Origin: Eledone cirrhosa
Lineage: Eukaryota
Direction: 5' to 3'
Length of the DNA stretch: 64,000 nt
Assembly: GCA_964016885.1 (NCBI GenBank)
Contig: OZ024740.1
Span: 119,040,001 to 119,104,000, forward strand
Shown in pieces: positions 1-12,098 of this stretch. The notes under the pieces are model-generated. The model was not told where the DNA came from. It worked only from the letters and a program-made list of their open reading frames with translations, and searched no databases. A program made the translations under genes and the position numbers. Position 1 is the stretch's first letter. Every line of letters begins with the position of its first letter.

Positions 1-2430
1 TAATTAAGCTTCCTGAGATCCCGCTACATCTCCTGTGTACCCATTGTTTGCATTTGGGGCAGAGAATGGAGTTCCTACCTACACCTTTCCTACATACTGA
101 GCAAGGCCATTTCCCTGAGGGGATCTGGGTTCTGTTTTCTCGTCTACTTACAAGGACCTTAGTCTTTGTCATGTTGACTTTGAGACCCTTTCTTTCTAGT
201 CCCTGCTTCCAGGTTTGGAATTTATTCTCTAGTTCTTTCATAGATTCAGCTATGAGTGCGAGGTCATCAGCATACAGGAGTTCCCATGGGCATCCGGTCT
301 TAAACTCCTCCGTTATTGCCTGCAGCACTATGATGAACAGGAGAGGGCTAAGAACAGAGCCCTGGTGGACCCCAACCTGTACGCTAAATTCCTCGCTATA
401 CTCATTGCTAATCCTAACTTTGCTGACTGCTCCCCTATACATGGCTTGTACCGCTTTCACAAGCCATTCATCTACTCCTAGTTTTCTAAGAGCCCACCAG
501 ATTACAGCACGTGGAACTCTGTCAAAGGCTTTCTCAAGGTCGACAAATGCCAAATAGAGTGGCTTACTTTTAGCTAGGTACTTTTCCTGTAATTGCCTCA
601 CAAGGAAGAGGGCATCAGTGGTGCCTCTTCCTGGTACAAACCCAAATTGCATCTCGTCTATTTTCACCCGGTCCCTAATCAGCTGTGCTATAACTCTTTC
701 TGTTACTTTCATGACCTGGTCCATCAACTTTATACCTCTATAGTTTCCTCTATCTAGTGCATCGCCTTTACCTTTGTAGCAGTTGACAATGATGCTACTG
801 CACCAATCTTTTGGTATGGCCCCTTCTAGTATTACCTGGCTAACGATACGTGTGGTTATAGTGTGACCTACAGACTCAGATGCCTTCAATATCTCGGCAG
901 CTACACCCGATGGACCAGTTGCCTTCCCCATCTTCATATCTTTGATTGCCTTACTTACTACGCTGCTGCTGACTTGTACTGCTGGTCCCTCTATAGGGTC
1001 TACTTGGGTTAGGGTCTCTTATTCCCATGCATTCTCCTCATTTAGTAATCTATCATAATGACTCTTCCATGCATCTTTCTTCTCAGCACTTGTGTGGGCA
1101 AGCTCACCTTTATCATTCCGGATACACTTCTCTCCAATGACATCACAACTATCTCTGACACACTGCCTCGCAATCTTGAAAACCTGCTGTTTCTGGTCCT
1201 CACGTTGTAAAACATGCTTTAATGTTCTATCCTCTGCTTCCCTCCTAGCTAAGTATACTTGTCGCCTAGCTTCCCTCTTGGTCTCTATGTAATGTACCCT
1301 GCTCCCCCCGTTCTTCCATTTTTCCATGCCTGTCTCTTGGCCTTGACTGCTTCATCTACCTTATTGTTCCACCACCAAGACACTCTGCTCCTGCTTGAGG
1401 TCTTACTCCAGCCACAGACCTCATCCGTCGACTCTAGTAAATTATTTTTTAGGAACTCCCAGTTCTCTTCTACATTAAATGTCTATATCTGTTCTTCTTT
1501 ACTGTCGTAGGCGTTGAGTAAAATATCTTTAAATCTGTTACTGGTTGAGGGGTATTTCAGCTTCCAGATCTTTCTGCTCCAGGTTGGCCTCTGTTTCCAG
1601 GTTCGTTCAGTTCTGACTGTGAGGTCGCTGACAACTAAGCTATGTTGGGATGTACATTCCTCACTAGGGAAGGCTTTTGTGTTTACGACCGTCCATCTGT
1701 CACGTCCTCTGGTGAGGATAAAATCTAACTGACTAGAGTGCTCCCCTGATCTATAGGTGATCAGGTGGTTGTCGGGTTTTTTAAAGATCGTGTTACATAT
1801 CGACATGTCATTGGCGTCGCAGAATTCTAGAAGTCTGAATCCTTCCTCATTCCTTGTACCAACCCCATGGCCTCCATGTACTCTATTGAAGCCGTCGCAG
1901 TGTTTACCTACGTGTCCGTTAAAATCTCCTGCGATGATTAGGAAGTCCTTGTCGTCTGTTAGAGCAGTAGTGTGTATTAGGGACTCGTAAAACCTATCCT
2001 TAAGTTTGTCTGGCAGCCCCGATTGGGGTGCGTAAGCTGATATTATTGTGGTAATTGTTTTATTCAGGACTAGTCTGAGTTTAATGATTCTTGCGTTTAC
2101 CCTGTACACTGAGATTACTTTATCTACCCACTTGTCAGCTAGTAGTATACCTACACCACCCATCCCATCGTCATTTCCCACCCAGAAAAATTTGTAGCAC
2201 CGACTTTTTCCTACGAGGACTCTGGCAGACTCTCCTCTCCATCTTGTCTCTTGCACACAGCATACGTCAATTTCCTTTCGCTCTAGCATTTCTACGATTT
2301 CTCCTGCTCTTCCTTTCATGGAGCCTACATTGATGTTACCAACTCGGAGTTTTGGGCATTTGTCGACACTCGTAGGGGAGGGTCTCTGGGTTAGCGCTTC
2401 ACATGGGTGCTTGGTAGCTCACAGATTCAT
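1..2430 (-). pseudogene. Disrupted APE-RT polyprotein ORF of RTE family A
   Basis: In-frame stops at 1483-1485 and 1019-1021 and a frameshift near 1327; otherwise continuous APE-RT homology. Confidence 0.85.
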
Positions 2431-2520
2431 ATTTCATTTATTGATTCAGAGTTGATCAAATTTATTCTCAGCTCATCCATCCATAACGGTGGGAAAATTG
2501 AGGGCTAGAAGAACAGTGGT
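1..2520 (-). mobile_element. RTE-clade non-LTR retrotransposon, family A, near full-length; 3' part runs off the left edge
   Basis: APE endonuclease ORF 1483-2319 (upstream RVGNINVGS, CCVQETRW, SAYAPQ, AGDFNGHVG, SQLDFIL), then RT (MKMGKATGPSG, FVDLEKAFDRV, QGSVLSP, YADD). Bases 1-560 are near-identical to the reverse complement of 62284-62836. Confidence 0.95.
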
Positions 2521-2521
2521 G

Positions 2522-2554
<33 letters not shown>

Positions 2555-2590
2555 GTATACATATATATATATACATATATTATATACATA

Positions 2591-2625
<35 letters not shown>

Positions 2626-2752
2626 GTATATATACATACATTTATATATATATGTATATATATACATATATATATACGTATATATATATATATATATACA
2701 TATATTTATATATATATGTGTATGTATATATATGTATATATATATATATACA

Positions 2753-2789
<37 letters not shown>

Positions 2790-2849
2790 ATATGTATATA
2801 ATATATGTATATATATATATGTATACACACATATATATATATATATATA
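2521..2849. repeat. Imperfect (TA)n/(TATG) microsatellite
   Basis: Directly visible; produces the spurious YI-rich ORFs. Confidence 0.97.
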
Positions 2850-2852
2850 GTA

Positions 2853-3040
2853 ATAATAATTGTTTCTACGTTAGGCACAAGGCCACCAAAAACGCAGTGT
2901 ATTACTGGTACTTTTATTTTATCGACCACGTAAGGATGAACGGCAAAGTTAACCTCGGCAGAATTTGAACTCAGAATGGCAAGGGCCGTAACTCTATGCA
3001 CCAAAGCATGGCATCCGACACTCTACCAATACTGCCAATA
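2853..3040 (-). mobile_element. tRNA-derived SINE, abundant octopod-type family (S1)
   Basis: AATAATTGTTTCTAC...GGCACAAGGCC...TTACTGGTAC...GGCAAAGTTAACCTCGGC...TTTGAACTCAGA (minus-strand B-box GAGTTCAAAT); many copies in the window. Confidence 0.88.
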
Positions 3041-3286
3041 ATAATAATATATATATATATATATAATAATATATATATAGTAATAATAATAAATTTGAAG
3101 ACTAAAATCCAAAGAGGGCTCGATAAGTATCGTCTTCCTGTCTTCCTACGGTTGCAACATTTTTTGAAATATCCACTTCTGCGTTTACAGATTGACTTTG
3201 TTAGTTTCAGAAGATCCTGTTAAGGGTGAAAGCAGCGGTTCTTTGCTTCAACTTTAATCTGTTATTTTAATAAATATATATAAATA

Positions 3287-3892
3287 CCTGGGACGAGCTG
3301 ATAAATTCCGACCTCACACACTTACACCTCTCCAAGACAATGTCACTGGACCGAGACCTTTGGCGGTACTCAGTAATAGAGAAGACCCGCCTTACCTAAA
3401 TACATATTAAAACCTACTACAGTCAGTAGGCATCTCTAACAAAATACACCCCCGTCCCACCACCCCCACCCCATCCACACCGCCCCCTTCTATGTAAAGT
3501 TATGTTGGTGCCACACCATCCAGGCCGAAACAAATGAGATCATATAGGTGTCACGACAAAAAACACAGTCCACGCTGTAATGTGGCCGTGTAGGCAACAC
3601 GGTAAAAACCTCCCAGCCCCACACTGTAAATGTGGTTGGTGTTAGCAAGGGCATCCAGCTGTAGAAAACCCGCCTGACAGTCCACGCTGTAATGTGGCCG
3701 TGTAGGCAACACGGTAAAAACCTCCCAGACCCACACTGTAAATGTGGTTGGTGTTAGGAAGGGCATCCAGCTGTAGAAAACCCGCCAGACAGTCCTATGC
3801 GAGCAAGACAATCACTCTTGCCTCAAGTGGGAAAACCCCCGTCCAAACCCATGCAAGCGTGGAACACGGACGTTAAACGTTGATGATGATGA

Positions 3893-3896
<4 letters not shown>
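3287..3896 (+). mobile_element. RTE family A-related 3' end with 3' UTR and (GAT)n tail
   Basis: Encodes TWDELINSDLTHLHLSKTMSLDRDLWRYSVIEKTRLT*, homologous to the end of 62284-63525. The UTR has a ~113-bp tandem duplication (about 3566-3790) and ends in GATGATGAT next to (TA)n. Confidence 0.88.
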
Positions 3897-3942
<46 letters not shown>

Positions 3943-4297
3943 GGCAGCGAAACAGAGATACAAAACAATTAATGTTATTAAGTTCACACTTAGAGGAACA
4001 AAGGGAAAAATAATTCAACTTATCGGGCTTTAGCTTTTAATGGGAAGATAAGATGTGTGTGTCTGTGAAAATGAAGTATGTATGCTTAGAAAATGGTGAG
4101 CACAATTGAATTAGAAGATTTCACCATAAATTTGACTAAATAAAATATAATACAAATGGGGCTCACAAACCCACTGATTGGAAAAATATAGACATCAGCA
4201 CACATAGGATGCCCATCATTTTCTGTTCAGTGATTTAAGTGCCCTGTTGTTAGACAATTTTATTTAGTCAAAGTTATGGTGAAATGTTGTTATTCTA

Positions 4298-5925
4298 TAT
4301 CATCATCATCACTGTTTAACATCCATTTTTTTATGCTAGCATGGCTTAGACAAATTGTCCCATTTGAGACATGTCAGATCAGGTGAACACAATCGTTTCC
4401 AGCTTGATTTCGATGAGTGGATGCCCTTACTAATGCCAACCACATTTACAATGTGGACTGGATGCATTTTGTTAGGCAGTTGCATGGAAGGGGGAAGAGG
4501 AGGATAGGGTAATGTAATGCATATTAGATTTGTGTTTCAACCCATGCACACAGGAAGGTGAGTCTTCTGTATTAGTGCATAACACCAAAGAACTCGATTC
4601 TGTGACGTTGCCTTTCAGAAGTACAATTATGCAGGGTCAGCTTTTATCACTTCATCCCAAAACTTCCTAGTTCTTCCTATTCCCTAATTTCCATCAACTT
4701 TGTGGACCCTGTTTCCTTTTTATATAGCTGTCATCTTTCATATGCATCACATGGCACAATCTCTTCTCCTGCACACTGCATCTGATCACTCTTATGCTGA
4801 GTTTCTCTCTCAGCTCATTTACACTTTGCCATTCATGGCACACAGCACCCAGAATCCATTATCATGCAACATTGCTGTTTGTATAGATGCATCATATAAT
4901 CTGCCCTTCATTTTGAGGAGAAGCCTTTTGTAGTTGGCAGTGGTAGTAGCTCCCTGAAGTTTCTCTATCCTGTCTCACTCTAGTGACTACACTTTCGAAA
5001 CACCCTTCTCTGTTGCTAATTTGGTCACCCAGATAACAGAAACTATCAACTACTTCTACAGAGCCATCCAGTCTTTTGAAGCAGCTAGCATCCTGTGAGC
5101 TCTTGCTATTTACTGCACCTGTGCATCAGCCATATATAGAAACCTTTGTTCTTTGCTAGCCTACCTGATATCACACTACATCTCTTGTGTACCCATAGTT
5201 AGCATTTGGGATATAGGATGGAATTTCTACACACTCCTTTCCTGCACACTGAGCAAGACCATTTCCTTGCTCAGTGTGCTGGAGAATCAGGGCTCTATTT
5301 TCTCAGTTTCCAGAGAATCAGGGCTTTATTTTTTTTCCTACATAACAGGACTTTAGTCTTTGACAGGTTAACTTTAAGACCTTTTGATTCAAGTCCATAC
5401 ATCCAGGTTAGGAATTTCTTTTAATTATACCATAGATTCAACTATAGGGTTAGATCATCTACAAATAGAAATTATCATGGTGAGCAATTTGTAAGTTCTA
5501 GCCTGCAAGATGACAATAAACAGGATAGAGATAAAAATGGAGCCCTGATGGACACTTACCTGCATACTAAATTATTCACTATAGTCATTGTTAATTCTAA
5601 TCTTGCTGACTGTTCCTATGTACATAACTTGCACTGTCTTCACAAATCACCCATCTACTTTTAGTTTTATAAAAGCCCACCAGAAAATTGAAAGAGGGAC
5701 TCTAGCAAAAGCATTCTCCAGATCAACAAATGCAAAGCAGAGGGGTTTCCTTTTAACTAGGTACTATTCCTGCAATTGCTTGAGAAGGATGAGGCCATCC
5801 ATGTTACTTTTATCTAGAACAAACACAAACTGTATCTCATCTAAGTTAACTTGGTCCCTGATCAGCTGTGCAATAACTGTTTCTGTGAACTTCATGACTT
5901 GGTCAAACCAACTTGATGCCTTGTG
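4298..5925 (-). mobile_element. Decayed 5'-truncated RTE (family A-like)
   Basis: CATCATCATC tail at about 4300 and RT remnants (AFVDLENAF, HQGSIL, zinc-finger region) with many stops. Confidence 0.85.
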
Positions 5926-7129
5926 CGACAAAGTAGTACTTGATACTGGGATGCAGAGGTGAAATCTGGAGGGAGAAAATATTTAACCGTGCGCTCCTAT
6001 GAATTATCTAAATCTACATAATCCAATATGTTGTCTGTTGTTTTAGATTGTGTGCAATGGTTTGATAAAGATTTGATTGTTATTTCTTGCAAAGCAGTGC
6101 CTCCACTCTGTTATGGTATGAAATAATGATTTCGTCTGTTATATACAAAACATTTTATAGACAAGAACAAGGAACAATTAATTGAATCAACTCAGGTCTG
6201 TTGTCGATTTCTTAACCTCAGAGCTGATCAGATACAAAGATGTGCCTGGTGAGATTTTATTGATGAAAAATGAGGATAAAAATATAGGTAGAGTGTACCA
6301 TCTATTTAATCTCTTTCTATTGTTTTGGTCATTAGTGCTAACATAAAAACATAATAATAAGGTAATTTAAAATGTCTCATTGTTAACTTGCTAAAATAAA
6401 TAAATAAAACCTTATTTTCTTTCTCATTTTAGTCAAAGATAATAACTTGGCTGATTTTCATATTCCTCCAAAAAATCTATTATCATTTTTGTGAAACAGT
6501 TGGGCTAATGACCAAAATATCATCAGACCAAAACCTGCAGTAGCTATTATAATGAAGCCTCATGGGAAAGAAAGCTTCATTGCAACTTAGATTTGAATTT
6601 GTTTTTAACACAGATAAACTACCTGAAATTGATAAGGGGTGAAGGTTAGACCTATCACACATCCAGTTCAACATTGCTAATGAGGTGGGCCTTTACATGT
6701 TAACACAATCTACTTGAAATAGCAGCCAATTCTCTCTCAAAATACATCTATTGTCTTTTAAAGAAAGAAGAAGCACATATTAGATAATACAGTCTGAGAT
6801 AAACTATGTCTGAATAAATGATGGCAGTTATAACTAGAATTCTTTTAATCATATGACTGCTCAATCAGAGCTGACCTGGTGTTAAAAAGTGACCACAACA
6901 ACATCACCTCTTCATTCTGTTGCAAGTGTAGTTATTCAGGATAGATGTCAATGTGTAAATCTCAGCAGTATTAGATGGATTGTAAATTTCAAAAGTACCA
7001 CTTCTTCTCTCACTAATTTATTTTTTATATAAATGTAATTGGATATGAAACAAAACATTGAATACCACTGAAGGAATTAGCCTTCATTTTAATTCAATTC
7101 ACATCTTGGATGCATTAGAAGAATATTAA

Positions 7130-7285
7130 GTCAGCCACTGTATTTGACTGGTACTTTTCTTTCTCAACATTTAATAAATGAAAAGCAAAATTGGCCTTTT
7201 TAGGTTTTCAACACAGAACATAAATGGCCAAAACTGCAAGGTATTTTGTTCAATGCTCTGACAATTCAGACAACCATCTGCCTTA
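7130..7285 (-). mobile_element. Decayed S1 SINE
   Basis: GACTGGTACTTTT...ATGAAAAGCAAAATTGGCC...CAATGCTCTGACAATTC resembles the S1 copies. Confidence 0.55.
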
Positions 7286-8217
7286 GGGGATTTGTGATAT
7301 AATATATGATCTTTATTAGTTTACTGAGGATTTACTTCTATGCTGTGGTACAGGTTCTTAGCCAGTCAATGGGAAGCCTCAATTATGTTGCTCAACCTGC
7401 TGGAAAAGGCAGCTAAATCTCCATTGAGCCACATCCTGCTAGCTCAGTTAAAGTAGGATACATTGAATAAATTAGTCCCTATTCTACCAAACGACAGGAT
7501 AGTCATGATTTAAATTCTTTTGATTATAGCTCTGATTGATAAGGGGTGATCGGATGCTAAATAGTAATAATAACAACCTGCTCCTAACTAAAGTAAAATT
7601 AACTTATTCCCAAAGTCTCGAATCTATACCTGCATGAGATGTTTAAGTTGTGTTGCAACTAAAGAGAAATGGCTAAAACCAAGAATTAAAGTGAGATCAC
7701 ATACTTAACTGAGAAGGAATATAGTATATATCACAATCATTACAATAGATAAAATAATAACTTATTACTTTATTACACAAGCATGCATCTTTCTAGATTG
7801 TGTTATGATAATGTTTTTCTGGTGATCATTAAGGATGTGAGAGAAATAAACTGTTTTCAATACAGCCTCTCTATTTCTGTAAAGAAGTGCAAGTATACTT
7901 GATAAGTTGTAGCTTAGTATAATCCTGATATTATTTTATCACAATTCAACAACATGCTAAGTACAAACATTTTTTAGTTCAACTCTGTTATTTATGCTGG
8001 ATCATAGATGTAAGCATGATGCTTAAATGCGAAAATAGAAAGAAGTAACCTTTAATATTTGAAAGTATTAATTAGAATAATGAACAGATAAAAATAAAGA
8101 AATGATAATAATAAGAAAGGATAAAGATAACTAGTTGATTTTCTGTAGAAAACCAAATAATGTTTTAGTTATTTACAGGTTTTTTTTGTTAATTAATGTT
8201 TTTTTCTCGAAATTCAG

Positions 8218-8239
8218 AAAGATGTCATATCATCTGATG
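8218..8239 (+). other. Possible 22-nt micro-exon (KDVISSD)
   Basis: Pyrimidine tract and ttcag acceptor before 8218 and a perfect gtgagt donor at 8240; no partner exon found. Confidence 0.25.
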
Positions 8240-8684
8240 GTGAGTTTATAGAAAGAGTGAAATCCTTAAAATGTCTAATTTTGTCCCTCGATATAATTAA
8301 TATTGGTTCAAAGTTTACAACATTCAGGATTTTCTTTGATTCCTCTTATCATAATCATCAAATAATGTCTGCTCTTAACAAGCTGAATACCATGGATTAC
8401 TTTAATGCTGTCCATCAATAATTATTGGTGCGCACATGGTTGAACTCCACCCAACATGCACTAATGACCATACGCTCCACATTCCTCCATGCAATCTATG
8501 CTTAGGTATTCTCACCACCCTATACTATCAAATTTCACACCTTCCCTCCAACAATCATCCTATCAAATCACACCACACCATATATTCATAACTTCATACT
8601 TGTCTCCATTCTTTTTTCCCCCACCCCTCAACCTGTATAGTACAGTGAGTGCCTCACAGCTGGGACAAAGACTAACAACCTCTT

Positions 8685-9130
8685 ACGTATTGGTGCCACA
8701 AAAATGCAACTGGTACACCTTGTAAGGTGGCTGGCAATAGAAAGGGCACCCACTGTAGAAAATCATGCCTAAAGTGTTGAGAGAATACTTCAGTTCTCTC
8801 AATGGCAGGACAATCTCTCTAATCTTGGTGATCTACATGGTAAATGTACCCAGTACATGCAGTAAACTGGTTAGTGATAGGAAGGGCATCCAACCTTAGA
8901 AAGCCTGCCAAAGGTTTGGGAGGAACCTTCAGTTATGTCAAAGACATGATACAATTTCTTTGATGGTGTCATCATAAAATAGACATGGTAGAATATGGCA
9001 CTGTATATAAGTGAGATGCAGAGCTTAGTCAGTCTGTCAGGTTAGTAGCCCCACTTCAATACTGATACAGTTTGTGAAGACAATCCAGCCTTTGATAACT
9101 GGAAAAATAGTCATTAAATGATGGTGAAGA
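8685..9130 (+). mobile_element. Decayed RTE/SINE 3' UTR modules
   Basis: Two degenerate GGTGCCAC...GTACA...GTAA(A)GTGG...GGAAGGGCATCC units and a degenerate GATG tail. Confidence 0.6.
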
Positions 9131-9384
9131 TATAAAGAAATTTGAACTTAATTACTCAGTAAAATAAAATCTTTTGTTTAATTTGTGTTTTTAACATTTA
9201 TTAATGTAACTTTCTAAACTATCTATGTTATGTTGAATATCTTTTTGAGCATTGAATTCCTCTCAATGCTATCTTAATTAAAGAAACAGGAGTAAAATTG
9301 TTGTGGAAAATGATCCCTGAAAAAGAGTATTAAAAAAATATATAATCTTTTTAACCTTTTTCCTCTATATTTATTTGACTTTTT

Positions 9385-10015
<631 letters not shown>

Positions 10016-10799
10016 TTATTGCTTCTTATTTCCAATTTTTTTTCTTTCCTTCTCTCAGCTTCATATTGTTGATGGTTTCATTATCTATATATTACAATAA
10101 GTTTTGTTAGCTTATTTCAGAAAATTAGTTCATGCTCTAGAAATTCAAAGAGCCTTTTTGCTTTGTAAGATTTTGTAATATAATTTTCAAATGTTATATA
10201 AGATACTAATTTTTAATATATTTTGAGCTTGCTAGACAATTACTGAATATCAAAAGATATTTGAAAGAATGTTTTGTTCAAAACAAAAACATATTTGATG
10301 ATATTTAAAAGGAAAATTGTAAACTAAAAAGAAATCATTAAAACAATGAAAAAAATAAAAGAAAAGGAAATAAAAAAAATGAAATGCTGAATGTACAGAA
10401 AGAAGAAAGTCTGGAAAATGAGAAAGATGTGAAAGAAGAATATTGAAATTTTTTTTAAATTGAGAAGAAAGTATAAAAAGTAAAAATGTATAGTTCAATA
10501 AAAGTGGAATTATTAAATTCTTCAAATTACAAAGTGAATTTATAATGTATTAGGAAAATTGACAAAAGATGCACTTTTTATTATTTGAAATATCTACTAT
10601 ATAAGATAAAATAGAAATTAATAAATTAATAAAGCTGGCAGAAAATAATCACTCAAATTTTAAATTACAAATTGGTATTAAAATGAATAAATATAACTGA
10701 ATATATATACAGCATTATATTAACACACACCCCCCACCACACACATACCTCACCATACACATAGTAGAACAACCATTCATCTATCCCTAACTTCTTAAG

Positions 10800-11690
10800 T
10801 GCCCACTTGTTCACAGTGTCTAGGAGTCTTTCAAAGGTCTTTTAGAGGTCATTGTATGCTATATATATATAGGGACATATTCTTATCTAAGTACTTCTGC
10901 AATCATGTCACAAGGAAAATGGTATTGGTATTGCTTCTTCCTTGCATAAAGAAATTGACATCTGGGTATTATTTGGTTTTCTATACAAGAGTCCTTACAA
11001 AACTGGTTAATTTAACCATATCAATGGAAATAGTCAAAGGGCCAGCTGCTTTCATATCCTTAATTGCCTTACCTACCATACTGCAGACAACTTTGATGAC
11101 CGGTCATCTTGGGGTAGCCCCTTATTATCCCATACATTCCCCTCATTCCACAACTTTTCATAATAGTGCTTCTATTCATCTATATGTAAGTGAGCCATTT
11201 TCATTCTGTTCACATTTCTCCCCATCAATATCTTTGTTTGCTTTTGTACATTCTTGCTAAGAAGACCTTATGTCTAGCTTCTCTCTCAGCTACTAGGTAT
11301 TGTTCCTTGTTTACTCTGCCTTCCAGTATTCTGCACAGATTTTCAGATAGTTTTATTCACAGAATTCAAGGAGTCTTGATCCTTTTTCCTTTCTCAAGCC
11401 GAGTCCATACTCCATGGAATCCATCCTTGTGTTGCCTAACATATCCTTTAAAATCACTAGCTAAGATAATGAAGCTACAGGCATTCGTTTTAGAGGTAGC
11501 CTGCAAATGGTCTTCATATGCAGAGATGAGAGACATAATCATATTGAATAAGTCTAGTTTAAGCTTAATGTTGCAAACTCTGACTAACGAAACTAAATTA
11601 TCCACCCATTTTGAAACTACTAGTATGCCTACTTAGCCCACACTGTCTATTTTCCTATTCCCAAAGCTTGTATATATATTTCTTTTTTCC
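10800..11690 (-). mobile_element. Decayed, internally deleted RTE fragment (APE plus start of RT)
   Basis: GVGILV, LVRV, ISAY, ILASDFKGYV and YLVAEREARH remnants, and AIKDMKAAGP. Confidence 0.75.
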
Positions 11691-11989
11691 AGTCTCCTTC
11701 TCAACAAGGAAGATGAAAAAACTTACATCTTAACTTTAAATCTTTAATTTTTAGTTTTTAATTCTTATTAATTACTTTTTAATTGTAATACTCAACATTT
11801 AATAGGATGTATTTTACTAATACATCTAAACCGGTAATACTTTATATACTTTATATACATTATAAAACTCTTTTTTAAAAAGAATTGTCCCTCTCATTTT
11901 TACAATAATGTCACTTAAAGATAGAAAAAAACCCCCCAGAAAAACGGACCCTTAAATATATTTTCAGTGCTATTTCCAACTTCAACTTT

Positions 11990-12007
11990 TCTGTCTCTCT
12001 CTTTCTT

Positions 12008-12095
<88 letters not shown>
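11990..12095. repeat. (TC)n-(TA)n microsatellite
   Basis: Directly visible; adjoins the LINE tail. Confidence 0.95.

Positions 12096-12098
<3 letters not shown>

Noticed and set aside
260-275. CTGATGA/CTGACGA matches inside LINE ORFs and at 6520, 17697, 34716 and 61240
   Set aside because: They are YADD codons or chance matches with no GAAA box or helices in the right arrangement.
48-557. Long ORFs antisense to LINE ORFs (also 11967-12698, 62280-62909, 62949-63395)
   Set aside because: They are shadow frames of RT coding sequence with no independent protein features.
2473-3004. YI/IY-rich ORFs here and at 9375-10110, 44875-45198, 56256-56607 and similar sites
   Set aside because: They are translations of (TA)n/(TG)n microsatellites, which lack stop codons.
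3095-3285. Possible Penelope C-terminus (LKTKIQRGLD) and degenerate hammerhead cagaaga-tcctgttaagggt-gaaa
   Set aside because: The core is mutated and I found no helix I or helix III pairing; too weak to call.
3565-3790. CRISPR-like appearance of spaced repeats in LINE UTRs
   Set aside because: The context is eukaryotic, the spacers are not unique, and there are no cas genes.
6430-6690. Possible exon after a pyrimidine tract
   Set aside because: Frames on both strands close quickly and no convincing donor is present.
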